A stretch of 64,000 bases of DNA from Candidatus Iainarchaeum sp. Its GTDB lineage: Archaea > Iainarchaeota > Iainarchaeia > Iainarchaeales > JAAZKV01. The notes under the pieces are model-generated. The model was not told the origin of the DNA. It saw nothing but the letters and a program-made list of their open reading frames with translations, and made no database searches. The translations under genes were made by a program, and so were the position numbers. The stretch spans positions 2,605-66,604 of the forward strand of contig JAQUZG010000003.1 of NCBI GenBank assembly GCA_028691435.1, in the 5' to 3' direction. Of this stretch, positions 19,058-28,896 are shown in pieces. Each line of letters begins with the position of its first letter. Within the stretch, counting starts at the first letter, position 1.

Positions 19058-21148
19058 TGTGGAATAATTGGAACATTTAATTTTTTAGATGGAAAGCAAA
19101 TTGTTTTGTCTGGTCTAAAAATTATGGAAAATCGTGGAAAAGATGCTTCTAAAATATTTGAAAAAGATTGTTTTGTCTTTGGGCACAATTTACACTCAAT
19201 AATTGATTATGTAGAACAACCAATTGTTTCTGATAAAGGTGTACTTGTAATAAACTGTGAAATTTATAATTGGAAAGAATTAAATAAAAAATATAATTTA
19301 AATGCAAAAAATGATTCAGAACTTGTGCTTAGATTGATTGAAAAAAAAGGGCCAACTAAAATAAATGATGTTATAAATTGTCTTGATGGAGACTATGCAT
19401 TTGCTTACTTTTCTTTTAAAGAAAATAAATTAATTTTAGCAAGAGATATAATCGGCGTAAAGCCACTTGTTTATTCATTTAATCCCAAGAAAAAACAGTT
19501 TTGTTTTGCCTCTGAAAAAAAAGCATTTGATTTACAAGCAAATTTAAAAGAAAAAATTGATTTAATTCATTTAAACCCAAGGCAAATTTTAACTTTTGAT
19601 TTAAAAAAAAATAAAATTTATTTAAAAAATTTAAACTTATTAAATAAAGAAAAATTAAAAACTAATTCCATAAAACAGACTATTTTTAATTTACTTGATA
19701 ATGCAATAAAAAAAAGAATTCCAGAAAATGAATTTGCTGTTCTTCTTTCGGGAGGAATTGATTCGTCAGTTATTGCAAAGGTTTTATTTAATCAAAATAA
19801 AAAATTTAATTCATATATTGCAATAATTGATGATGAAAGATTTTCTAAACCAGTGGATTTAGAATACTCAAAGCAAGTAGCAAAAGAATGTAATTCAAAA
19901 TTAATAATCAATAAAGTTTCAATTATTGAGTTAGAAAAACAACTTCCATTTATTATTTCATTAATTGAATCAAGTGATCCAGTTAGAGTTGGGGTTGCAA
20001 GCACAATTTATTTTGCAACAAAAAATATTAAAGAAAAAGTTATTTTTTCAGGCCTAGGTGCTGATGAAATATTTGCCGGATATAATCGATTCAAAAATTC
20101 TATTGATGTAAACAAAGACTGTTATTCTTATTTGATTAAAATGTATGAAAATGATTTATATTTTGAAGATATAATTACAATGGCTAATAAAATTGAATTA
20201 AGAGTGCCTTTTTTAGATAAAGACTTAGTTTCTACTTCGCTAAAAGTTGATGAAAACTACAAGATTGATTTAGTTACTGTTAAGAATAAATTAATTTTAA
20301 GGGAATATGCAAATTCAATTGGTTTAAATGAATTAATTGTAAATCGTGATAAAAAAGCCGCACAATATGGCAGTAATTTTGATAAAGCCATTGAATATTT
20401 AGCAAAAAAGCATGGCTTTAAATCAAAATCAATGTATCTTTCAAGTTTGGGTAAAAAAAAGAACATTAGTATAGGTGCATTGCTTTCAACTGGTAAAGAT
20501 TCGCTTTATGCAATAAATTTGATGAAAAAAATGAATTATTCTGTTTCTTGTTTAATTACAATTGATTCAAAAAACAAAGATTCTTTTATGTTTCATACTC
20601 CAACAATAAACTTAGCAAAACTTCAATCTAAAGCATTAGGTATTCCTTTAATTATTGTAAAAACAAAAGGCGAAAAAGAAATAGAATTAAATGATTTAGA
20701 AAATGCGATTAAAAAAGCAATAAAAAAATATAAAATTGAAGGACTAGTTTCTGGGGCAATTTTTTCAAACTACCAAAGAGAACGAATAGAAAAAATAACT
20801 GAAAATCTTGGTATACGATCATTCGCTCCACTTTGGCACATGGATCAAACAAAATATATGCAAAGACTAATTAAAGAAAATAATAAATTTATTATTACAA
20901 AAATTGCTTGTTATGGATTAGATGAAAGTTATTTAGGGAAAGTCATTGATGAAAATGATTTAATTAAACTTGAAAAATTAAATAAAAAATTTGGAGTGAA
21001 TGTTGCTGGAGAAGGTGGTGAATTTGAAACACTCATGATTGATATGCCTTTATTTAATAAATCAATTTCAATTGAATTTGATAAAAAACTACAAAATGAA
21101 TTTACTGGGGAAATACTAATTAAAAAAGTTAAACTAGTAAAAAAATAA
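19058..21148 (+). CDS. fusion protein: AsnB-like glutamine amidotransferase (Ntn glutaminase + PP-loop synthetase) joined to a Dph6/MJ0570-like PP-loop ATPase (diphthine-ammonia ligase family) domain
   Basis: N-terminal 'MCGIIG...NCEIYNW...LARDIIGVKPL...ASEKKAF', 'AVLLSGGIDSSVIA'; C-terminal ~230 aa 'LLSTGKDSLYA...GLDESYLGKVID...VAGEGGEFETLMIDMPLF' (SGGKDS / EGGEYET hallmarks of Dph6/MJ0570). Confidence 0.7.
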   Translation, partial: CGIIGTFNFLDGKQIVLSGLKIMENRGKDASKIFEKDCFVFGHNLHSIIDYVEQPIVSDKGVLVINCEIYNWKELNKKYNLNAKNDSELVLRLIEKKGPTKINDVINCLDGDYAFAYFSFKENKLILARDIIGVKPLVYSFNPKKKQFCFASEKKAFDLQANLKEKIDLIHLNPRQILTFDLKKNKIYLKNLNLLNKEKLKTNSIKQTIFNLLDNAIKKRIPENEFAVLLSGGIDSSVIAKVLFNQNKKFNSYIAIIDDERFSKPVDLEYSKQVAKECNSKLIINKVSIIELEKQLPFIISLIESSDPVRVGVASTIYFATKNIKEKVIFSGLGADEIFAGYNRFKNSIDVNKDCYSYLIKMYENDLYFEDIITMANKIELRVPFLDKDLVSTSLKVDENYKIDLVTVKNKLILREYANSIGLNELIVNRDKKAAQYGSNFDKAIEYLAKKHGFKSKSMYLSSLGKKKNISIGALLSTGKDSLYAINLMKKMNYSVSCLITIDSKNKDSFMFHTPTINLAKLQSKALGIPLIIVKTKGEKEIELNDLENAIKKAIKKYKIEGLVSGAIFSNYQRERIEKITENLGIRSFAPLWHMDQTKYMQRLIKENNKFIITKIACYGLDESYLGKVIDENDLIKLEKLNKKFGVNVAGEGGEFETLMIDMPLFNKSISIEFDKKLQNEFTGEILIKKVKLVKK

Positions 21149-21187
21149 TTTCTATTTTTTAATTTTAAATAATAAATGTGTTTTTTT

Positions 21188-21490
21188 TTATCTAATCTCA
21201 AATCTTGTAAAATTCTCTAAATCTGTTGAGTAATTTTTAGTTATTTTTGTAACCTTTGATCGGCCGGGATTATTTTCAATAAATTTAATTAAATCTTCTA
21301 TTTTTTCTTCATTTCCTTCTACTTCAACTTCTACATTTCCATCAAAACAATTTTTTACATATCCTACTAAACCAAATTTTAATGATTCGTTTAAAACCAT
21401 GTATCTTAATCCAACCCCTTGTACTCTTCCAGAAATAATAATTGTTGCGTGTAAAATTATATTTGACATTTTATCATCCTCTAAAAACAA
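21188..21490 (-). CDS. acyP: acylphosphatase
   Basis: 'ISGRVQGVGLRY' and 'GYVKNCFDGNVEVEVEG' signatures. Confidence 0.75.
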   Translation of the reverse strand: MFLEDDKMSNIILHATIIISGRVQGVGLRYMVLNESLKFGLVGYVKNCFDGNVEVEVEGNEEKIEDLIKFIENNPGRSKVTKITKNYSTDLENFTRFEIR

Positions 21491-21531
21491 AATTAATTTT
21501 CTAATGGATTTTTTGATTTATTTTGTTTAAT

Positions 21532-22725
21532 TTATTCAAATCTGATAGCTTCAACAGCATCCATTTTTGCAGCTTTAAGTGCTGGGTAAAATCCAGAAAT
21601 CATTCCAACAATCATTGAAAATAATATTCCAAATAAAATTATTTCAAAACCAAGTGAAATTTCAAGTGGAAAATTTGAAAATTTTGCAATTATACTTATT
21701 AATATAGCAATGAATAATCCTAATCCAGTTCCAATTATTCCTCCAACTGCTCCAATTAATCCTGCTTCAATTAAAATTATTGTAAGTATTTTTGTATCGC
21801 TTGCTCCAAGGGCTTTATAAGTCCCGATTTCTTTTGTTCGTTCCATTACACTTGTAATCATTGCATTCATTATTCCTACTCCGCCAACAATTAAACTAAT
21901 TGCACTTACTCCAACTAAAAAGAAAGTTATTATTCCAAGTATTGAAGAAGCTTGTTCAAGTAATTGATCAGCTGTCATAACCATCACACTTTTTTCACCA
22001 TACTTATCTTCAAAATGTTCTTTTATTTCATCAGCAACATCATTTATTTTATCAACATCTTTTACTTTAAGAATCATATCTACTGGAGTAGCATTTGGAA
22101 TTATTTTTTTATATCCCTCAAGAGGTAAAAGCACCATTTTATCCGCACTTGCCATAAACGAATTAGATGGTTTAATTATTCCAACAACTTTAAACAACTC
22201 TCCGTTTAGTGAAATTTGTTTTCTTAATGAAATTTCTCTCTTAAAATCTTTTGCTAAATTTTCTGTAATTATAACACTAGTACTATCACTTTTGTTAACT
22301 AATCTACCTTCGACTAAATCAAAATAATCTTCACCTTGGAACATGTCTAATCCTTCATTATTAGTACTTACTAACATATAATTTTTTGATTCATTTCCAA
22401 AATCAACTTTGACGGCGCCGTTATATTCTTCAATTACTTCTTCTATTTCGGGATGATTTTCTAAATATCTTAAATCACTATCTGAAAAATTTAATACATT
22501 TCCTGATTGTACATTTTGCATACTCCCAGCAGCAACAAACATCATATTCGTTCCAAAACTTTCAAATTGTTTTACAACCGCTTGATTTAATCCATCACCA
22601 AGTGAAAGTAAACTAACAATAGCAGCAATACCAATTACAATTCCTATTAAAGTCAAAAATGTTCTTAGTCCTTCTCGTCTAAGATTTTTTATACTTTCAC
22701 TGATTATATCTCTCATAAATATCAT
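21532..22725 (-). CDS. ABC transporter permease, FtsX/MacB-like
   Basis: N-terminal TM, large extracytoplasmic domain, C-terminal 3-TM FtsX domain; paralogue of the next gene. Confidence 0.75.
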   Translation of the reverse strand: MIFMRDIISESIKNLRREGLRTFLTLIGIVIGIAAIVSLLSLGDGLNQAVVKQFESFGTNMMFVAAGSMQNVQSGNVLNFSDSDLRYLENHPEIEEVIEEYNGAVKVDFGNESKNYMLVSTNNEGLDMFQGEDYFDLVEGRLVNKSDSTSVIITENLAKDFKREISLRKQISLNGELFKVVGIIKPSNSFMASADKMVLLPLEGYKKIIPNATPVDMILKVKDVDKINDVADEIKEHFEDKYGEKSVMVMTADQLLEQASSILGIITFFLVGVSAISLIVGGVGIMNAMITSVMERTKEIGTYKALGASDTKILTIILIEAGLIGAVGGIIGTGLGLFIAILISIIAKFSNFPLEISLGFEIILFGILFSMIVGMISGFYPALKAAKMDAVEAIRFE

Positions 22726-22738
22726 TCTCTAAACTTAT

Positions 22739-23935
22739 TTATTCAAACCTTAATGCTTCAACTGGGTCAAGATTTGCTGCTCTAATAGCTGGTAAAATCC
22801 CAGCAACAATTCCAATTGTCATTGAAAATAAAAGTGAGGTAATTATTATATCACTAGTCATTATTGCATTTAATGCAAAACCTGATTCTGTTCCAATATA
22901 TGCAATTAAACTTGCAGTAGCATATCCAAAAATAATTCCAATTATTCCTCCAATTAAACCAATTAATCCTGCTTCAATTAAAAAAATTGCAAGAATTTTT
23001 TGGCTTGTTGCTCCAAGGGCTTTATATGTTCCTATTTCTTTTGTTCTTTGAAGTACACTTGTAAGCATCGCATTCATTATTCCTACTCCTCCAACAACTA
23101 AACTTATTGCCCCAATACCCATAATAAACAAAGTTATCATGCCAAGCATAACATTTATTTGATCAAGTAATTGTTCTGATGCACTAACAGTTACACTTTC
23201 TTCTCCATATTTTTTATCAAAATAATCTTTTATTTTTTCAGCTACATCACTTGTCTCATCTTTAAATTGACTCGAAGCAAAAATAATTGTTGCGTCAGTC
23301 TTGTCAGTTATTTTCTTAAATCCCTCATAAGACATATAAACAACCGAACTACTATTTGGGGCTCCACCAAAAGATGCTGGTTGGGCTTCAAGAATGCCAA
23401 TTACTTTAAATGCAACATCATTAATTAAAATTTGTTTTCTAATGTTAATTTCTTTATCAAAATAATCTTTTCCAATTTTATTTCCAACTAGGATTGATGA
23501 TGATTCATTTTTACTAAAGTTTCTTCCTTCGCCAACTTCAAAATATCCAGTCCCTCCAAATAAATCGGATTTATCTTCTTCAACAGCATTAACTGAAACA
23601 TTTATTTTTTTTCCATTAAATTCCATTTTAGCTTGAGTTGAATAAATTGGCACAACTGATTTTACTCCAATAATATTTTCAACATTTCTTATATCATTTT
23701 GAGTTAAAGAAATTTTTGCAACACCCATTCCGCTAGGAATAATAAAAATAGTATTTGATCCAAGTTCTTCAAATTGAGCAGTTACTGATTCACTTAACCC
23801 TGCTCCAATAGATGCAAGACTAACAATTGCCATTATTCCAATAACTACTCCAAGTAAAGTTAAAAATGTTTTAATTCCTTCTCTTCGTAAATTTTTTATT
23901 GCTTCAAAAATTGTATCTATTGGCATAATAATCAA
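22739..23935 (-). CDS. ABC transporter permease, FtsX/MacB-like
   Basis: Same architecture as the preceding gene; operon with the ATPase. Confidence 0.75.
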   Translation of the reverse strand: MIIMPIDTIFEAIKNLRREGIKTFLTLLGVVIGIMAIVSLASIGAGLSESVTAQFEELGSNTIFIIPSGMGVAKISLTQNDIRNVENIIGVKSVVPIYSTQAKMEFNGKKINVSVNAVEEDKSDLFGGTGYFEVGEGRNFSKNESSSILVGNKIGKDYFDKEINIRKQILINDVAFKVIGILEAQPASFGGAPNSSSVVYMSYEGFKKITDKTDATIIFASSQFKDETSDVAEKIKDYFDKKYGEESVTVSASEQLLDQINVMLGMITLFIMGIGAISLVVGGVGIMNAMLTSVLQRTKEIGTYKALGATSQKILAIFLIEAGLIGLIGGIIGIIFGYATASLIAYIGTESGFALNAIMTSDIIITSLLFSMTIGIVAGILPAIRAANLDPVEALRFE

Positions 23936-23992
23936 CTTTATTTTTTATTTATTCTATTTTTGTTTTTTTTAAAATTATTTAATTTAAATAAA

Positions 23993-24757
23993 TTATTTGA
24001 ATCTATTTCCAAAAGCATCTTCTCTTTTTGAAACGATTTTTCCATCTTTTATATAAATTTGTCTATCTGTTGTTTCACCTAAATTTAAATCATGTGTAAC
24101 AAGTACAATTGTTTTTCCTTCTTCATTTAATTTTCTAAGTAATTCCATTACATTTTTTCCTGATTTACTATCTAAGTTTCCTGTTGGTTCATCAGCAACA
24201 ATTATGTTTGGATTTAGTGCAAGAGCTCTTGCTATTGCTACTCTTTGTCTTTGTCCACCAGACATTTGATTAGGGCGATTATGTAATCGGTCGCCTAAAC
24301 CAACTTTTTCTAAAACTTCTGTTGCAGTTTTTTTTCTTAAATTTCTAGGATAATTGTTAATCCACATTGGAACCATTACATTTTCAAGTGCACTAAGTTT
24401 TGGCAATAAATTAAATGTTTGAAAAATAAATCCAATTTTATTTCCTCTAAATGCTGCAAGCTCACTAGGGCTCATTGCAGTGGTATTTTTTCCTTCAATA
24501 AAAATATTGCCGCTTGTTGGGTTCATCATTGTACTTAATGCATCTAAGAGTGTTGTTTTTCCAGATCCACTTGGGCCCATAATTGAAATATATTCTCCTT
24601 TTTTAACATCAAAAGATACTCCATCTAAAGCTCTTACTTCTATTCCGTCTAACTTGTAAATTTTATAAACATCTTCTACTTTTATCACGCTTTCATTTTT
24701 TGCCCTAATGTTTGCCCGAATATTTTTTTCTTTTTCTGTTACTTTTTTAATGACCAT
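23993..24757 (-). CDS. ABC transporter ATP-binding protein (MacB/LolD-like)
   Basis: Walker A 'GPSGSGKTTLL', signature 'MSGGQRQRVAIARAL', Walker B 'IIVADEPTGNLD'. Confidence 0.85.
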   Translation of the reverse strand: MVIKKVTEKEKNIRANIRAKNESVIKVEDVYKIYKLDGIEVRALDGVSFDVKKGEYISIMGPSGSGKTTLLDALSTMMNPTSGNIFIEGKNTTAMSPSELAAFRGNKIGFIFQTFNLLPKLSALENVMVPMWINNYPRNLRKKTATEVLEKVGLGDRLHNRPNQMSGGQRQRVAIARALALNPNIIVADEPTGNLDSKSGKNVMELLRKLNEEGKTIVLVTHDLNLGETTDRQIYIKDGKIVSKREDAFGNRFK

Positions 24758-24939
24758 TTTTTCACCTTGGATTAATATAATTCTTCTAAAAAATTAGAGT
24801 CATTATTAATATTAATCTATCTTTTAATATTCGTTGAATTTAATTGAATATTAAATTAAACAAATTAGTTATCAAGCGTAATTAAAATTAGGTTTTTTTA
24901 TTTGGCCCATAATTATTAGAGCCAAATAAATTATTGATT

Positions 24940-25188
24940 TTATTTTTTTCCAGCTAAATCGTTTTTCTTAACGTAAGCCCAGATTTTTTTTGTCATTTCA
25001 CTAGGAGTAATGTCTGTTTTACCAAACACTTCTTCTAAAGTTGCTGTTTGTCCTTTGAAAGAAATACAATATCCTCCAAATGCTTTTTTTGGTCCTGCTG
25101 ATTTTTTAGCAGGTGCTTTTTTAGCAGGTGCTTTTTTAGCAGGTGCTTTTTTTCCTATTCCGAATAGTCCCATTTTGAATTCCCCCAT
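24940..25188 (-). CDS. small lysine-rich protein with (KKAPA)x3 repeat and a C-terminal half-SWIB/MDM2-like motif (putative chromatin/DNA-binding protein)
   Basis: 'KKAPAKKAPAKKAPAKK' encoded by 15-bp tandem repeats (plus strand 25100-25150); 'TLEEVFGKTDITPSEMTKKIWAYVKKNDL' resembles the N-terminal half of SWIB domains (…MSRTEIIKKMWDYIKKNGLQDP…). Confidence 0.45.
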   Translation of the reverse strand: MGEFKMGLFGIGKKAPAKKAPAKKAPAKKSAGPKKAFGGYCISFKGQTATLEEVFGKTDITPSEMTKKIWAYVKKNDLAGKK

Positions 25189-25369
25189 TAACGGTTTGTA
25201 ATAATCTAATACTTATCCTTTATTTAAAGCTTATGTTAATGTGATTTAATTTAATAAAATGGAATGATTTATATATTAGAAAAAATATTATTTGGTAAAT
25301 TTATTATTAAAATTAATTTTTTGTTTGATTTTTTGCTTAGGGCATATTTAAAATTATTTCCACCGTAAA

Positions 25370-26320
25370 TTGCATATGGATATTTGTGTTAAGACTTCTT
25401 TTGGAAAAAATGTTGAGTTATTTAAAAAGTCTAATAATATAAAAGAAGGATGTTGGATAAGATTAATTTCTCCCGATGATGAATTAATTAAAAAAATCTC
25501 TGCTGATTTTAATATTGACAGTGAAATTATACACGATATGATTGATAGTGAATCTGTTCCAAATATTGAAAATGAGACTGATGAAGGATATATTTCAATA
25601 ATTTTAAGAGTGCCACATAAAGTTGAAGGGGAAATGATTACTATTCCATTTGGTATACTTTTTTTAAAAAAACAAAAAATTATATTAACTGTTTGTAAAT
25701 TTGATGACGCTGTTTCAAAAAAATTATTTAACTCTTCACCAATTAAATTTAGGACTGATAAAAAATCTATTTTCTTTTCAAATTTTTTATCAATTTTAAT
25801 TAATGAATATATGTGCCAATTAAAAGTTATTGGTCGAGAAATAAATTTAGTTGAAAAGTCTATTGAGACAGCTTTACAAAACAAAAAACTTGTTGAATTA
25901 TTATCTTTACAAAAAACTTTAGTATACTTTAAAACAGCGATGGTTGGAAATAAAAAAGTGATTAGTAAAATTTCTCTTGGAAGAGTATTTTTAATTAATG
26001 AAGAAAATAAAGATTTACTTGAAGATATAATTATTGATATTGATGAAGCATCAGAATTAATCTCAATTTATTCTCAAATAATAAAAAACACAACGGACAC
26101 ATATTCTTCAATCGTGTCAAATAATCTAAATAGTATTATGAAAGTATTAGCATTAATTACTGTTGCTATAAGTATTCCCACTATGGTTGGAAGTTTTTAT
26201 GGTATGAATATTTCTTTGCCTTTTCAATCTGAAGGACAAGCTTTTTTTATAATTGTTTTATTTTCTGTGACTATCACAGTTTTATCAATTCTTGTTTTTA
26301 GATTAAAAAAATGGATTTAA
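25370..26320 (+). CDS. corA: CorA-family magnesium/cobalt transporter
   Basis: C-terminal two TM helices with 'YGMN' motif ('FYGMNISLPF'). Confidence 0.8.
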   Translation: MHMDICVKTSFGKNVELFKKSNNIKEGCWIRLISPDDELIKKISADFNIDSEIIHDMIDSESVPNIENETDEGYISIILRVPHKVEGEMITIPFGILFLKKQKIILTVCKFDDAVSKKLFNSSPIKFRTDKKSIFFSNFLSILINEYMCQLKVIGREINLVEKSIETALQNKKLVELLSLQKTLVYFKTAMVGNKKVISKISLGRVFLINEENKDLLEDIIIDIDEASELISIYSQIIKNTTDTYSSIVSNNLNSIMKVLALITVAISIPTMVGSFYGMNISLPFQSEGQAFFIIVLFSVTITVLSILVFRLKKWI

Positions 26321-26340
26321 ACAAAAATTAAAAATTAGAA

Positions 26341-27150
26341 TTATTTAATTTTTTTCATAAATTCATTTAATTTTTTTACTTTTTTTATTATTTTAAAAAG
26401 TTCTTTTGGATTTATTGTTTGATCTTTATCACTTATTGATTCATTTGGATTAATGTGTGTTTCAATAATTAATCCATCCGCGCCAGAAGCTATTGATGCT
26501 AAACTCATGCTTTCAATTAGTTCTTTTCTTCCAGTGCCGTGGCTTGGGTCAACAACTATTGGTAAATTAGTTAAATTTTTTACTGTTGCAACAGCACTTA
26601 AATCAATTGTATTTCTTGTATAATTTTCAAATGTTCTAATTCCTCTTTCACAAAGAATTACTTTTTCATTTCCTTCTTTTAAAATATATTCAGCAGCATT
26701 TAACCATTCATTAATAGTTGCTGATGGACCCCGTTTTAATAAAACTGGTTTATTTTGTTTTCCAACAGCTTTAAGTAATTCAAAATTTTGCATATTTCTT
26801 GCCCCAATTTGGATAACATCAACATATTTTGAAATGGTTTGAACTTCTTTAGTATCCATTACTTCACTAATTATTGGTAACCCGGTAATTTTTTTTGCTT
26901 CAAGTAAATATTTCAATCCTTCTTCACCTAAACCTTGAAATGAGTAAGGACTAGTTCTTGGTTTATATGCCCCGCCTCGAAGTATGTTTGCCCCTGATTT
27001 TTTAACTGCTTTTGCAGTTTGAATAATTTGATCTTTATTTTCAATAGCACAAGGCCCAGCAATAATAAGTAAATCTTTTCCAATCGTTAAATTTCCAACT
27101 TTAAAATTAAAATTCTTTTTTTTATTTGTTGCAATTTTTAATGAATCCAT
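26341..27150 (-). CDS. DAHP synthase class I-beta / KDO8P synthase family aldolase
   Basis: 'LLKRGPSATINEWLNAAEYI...VILCERGIRTFE...VVDPSHGTGRKELIESMSLASIASGADGLIIETHINP'. Confidence 0.7.
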   Translation of the reverse strand: MDSLKIATNKKKNFNFKVGNLTIGKDLLIIAGPCAIENKDQIIQTAKAVKKSGANILRGGAYKPRTSPYSFQGLGEEGLKYLLEAKKITGLPIISEVMDTKEVQTISKYVDVIQIGARNMQNFELLKAVGKQNKPVLLKRGPSATINEWLNAAEYILKEGNEKVILCERGIRTFENYTRNTIDLSAVATVKNLTNLPIVVDPSHGTGRKELIESMSLASIASGADGLIIETHINPNESISDKDQTINPKELFKIIKKVKKLNEFMKKIK

Positions 27151-27186
27151 ATAAAGATAATAAAAATTAGAATTAAAAAACTTATT

Positions 27187-27459
27187 CTATAGTTTTTCTA
27201 ATCTTTGTATAAATTCTTTGATTGGAATTTTCTTCCTAAAAATATTTACTGTAACTAAACAATTGGGATATCTTCTTGCTAATGATCTATAATGGGTTAT
27301 TACTTCGTTTTTTCTATCTGGACTTGTTTTAATTATTTTTAATGCATTTAAAGAACTGTTTCTATCAATTAATGATCTTTCACTTGGTAAAAAACCAATT
27401 GGGCCACAAACTTGGCTAGATACTTTTGTTCTTAGTTCAATTTTTGGTTTTTTATTCAT
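27187..27459 (-). CDS. hypothetical small protein
   Basis: 90-aa ORF downstream of the FAD oxidoreductase. Confidence 0.35.
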   Translation of the reverse strand: MNKKPKIELRTKVSSQVCGPIGFLPSERSLIDRNSSLNALKIIKTSPDRKNEVITHYRSLARRYPNCLVTVNIFRKKIPIKEFIQRLEKL

Positions 27460-27474
27460 ATTAAATCACTTTCA

Positions 27475-28839
27475 TCATTTATTTAATTTATTTAAAATTT
27501 GTCTTGCAGGTATTAGTCCAGTTACTGCTGCGCCAACAATGTTTCCAGCAAGTCCTGCCCCGTCCCCAGCAACAAATAATCCTTTAATTTCGGTTTCAAG
27601 ATTTTTATCAGTTAAAATTTTATTTGATCTAAATTTTACTTCGGGTGAATATAAAAAAGTTGAATCTCCATCTAAACCAGGTAAAACTTTATCAAGCATT
27701 TTTATTCCTTCAAGTATATTTGTAACTATTCTATAAGGCATGGCCATTCCAATATCTCCTGGAACAGCAGTTTTTAGTGATGGTTGAATGTGTGAGTGAG
27801 TAATTCTTTCAAGAGTACTTCGTCTACCCATTTTTAAATCTTTAAGTCTTTGAATAATTGGTTTTCCACTTCCAAGTAAGGTAGTTCCTTGTGCAATAAA
27901 ATTTGCATATGCTCTTGTACTTTCAAGAGGTTTTGTTAGTTTAATTTCAGTTACAAATGCAAAATTACTGTTGTTTGAATCATGGTTTGAATTTGAATGT
28001 CCATTAACACAAACAAATCCATCATATTGTTCTATTGCTACATGTCCTCTTGGACAAGGACAAAATGTTCTAATCAAATCATCATATGTTGGAGTATACA
28101 TTGTAAATACAGTTTCATAAAGTTCATCTGAAAATCTTTCAAGAATGCTACATGGAAATTCTACTCTGACTCCAACTTCAATTTTGTCATATATTTCTTT
28201 TAGTTTATATTTTTCAGCTAATTCTTGTAACCATTTAGCATTATATCTTCCAGGTGCAAGTATTACATTTTCTGCAAAAATTTGTTCATTGTTTTTTGTA
28301 ATAACTCCTTTTACAATTTGATTGTCTATAATAATATCTTCAATTTCACAATTTCCTTTTAATTCAATATTATTTAATTTTAAATAATTAGCAAAATTTT
28401 TCATTACAATTGGTAATTTATCACTTCCAACGTGAATTGCTTTTCTAATGTATAATTGAACATTATTTTTTTGAGCTTCTGTAACTAATTCTTTTGCATG
28501 TTCTAAATTTTTTGGATAATAATTTGGTTCAACCCCAAATTCAAGTAAAACTTTTTCACAATAATTAATTAGTTCTTGATATTCTTCTTTAGTGTATAAA
28601 TGAAACATTTTTTCATGACTTAATACAGGTGTAAAGTGTAATTTTCCGTCTGAAAATGTACCTGCTCCACCAAATCCAGTCATTACTTCTGTTCTTTTTC
28701 TATCTTCAATTAAACTTCCCTTGTCAAGTAAAAGAATTTTTAATTTAGAGTTAGATTTTGCAAATTCATAAGCTGCAAAAATTCCAGCTGGGCCAGCTCC
28801 AACAATGATCACATCATACTTGTTAGTTTCATTTCCCAT
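27475..28839 (-). CDS. FAD-dependent oxidoreductase (COG2509/HI0933-like family)
   Basis: 'YDVIIVGAGPAGIFAAYEF' dinucleotide-binding motif and 'GFGGAGTFSDGKL'. Confidence 0.6.
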   Translation of the reverse strand: MGNETNKYDVIIVGAGPAGIFAAYEFAKSNSKLKILLLDKGSLIEDRKRTEVMTGFGGAGTFSDGKLHFTPVLSHEKMFHLYTKEEYQELINYCEKVLLEFGVEPNYYPKNLEHAKELVTEAQKNNVQLYIRKAIHVGSDKLPIVMKNFANYLKLNNIELKGNCEIEDIIIDNQIVKGVITKNNEQIFAENVILAPGRYNAKWLQELAEKYKLKEIYDKIEVGVRVEFPCSILERFSDELYETVFTMYTPTYDDLIRTFCPCPRGHVAIEQYDGFVCVNGHSNSNHDSNNSNFAFVTEIKLTKPLESTRAYANFIAQGTTLLGSGKPIIQRLKDLKMGRRSTLERITHSHIQPSLKTAVPGDIGMAMPYRIVTNILEGIKMLDKVLPGLDGDSTFLYSPEVKFRSNKILTDKNLETEIKGLFVAGDGAGLAGNIVGAAVTGLIPARQILNKLNK

Positions 28840-28896
28840 AATAATTATTTAATAAGAAAAGATTAAAAATAAGCTTTATTTTTTTGTTTTTTGATA

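Noticed and set aside
25100-25150. Short tandem 15-bp repeats, checked as a possible mini CRISPR/repeat array
   Set aside because: There are only three units, the array lies inside an ORF, and it encodes the (KKAPA)n peptide repeat. No spacers are present.
25354-25884. 176-aa minus-strand ORF
   Set aside because: It is antisense to the well-supported CorA gene and has no motifs.
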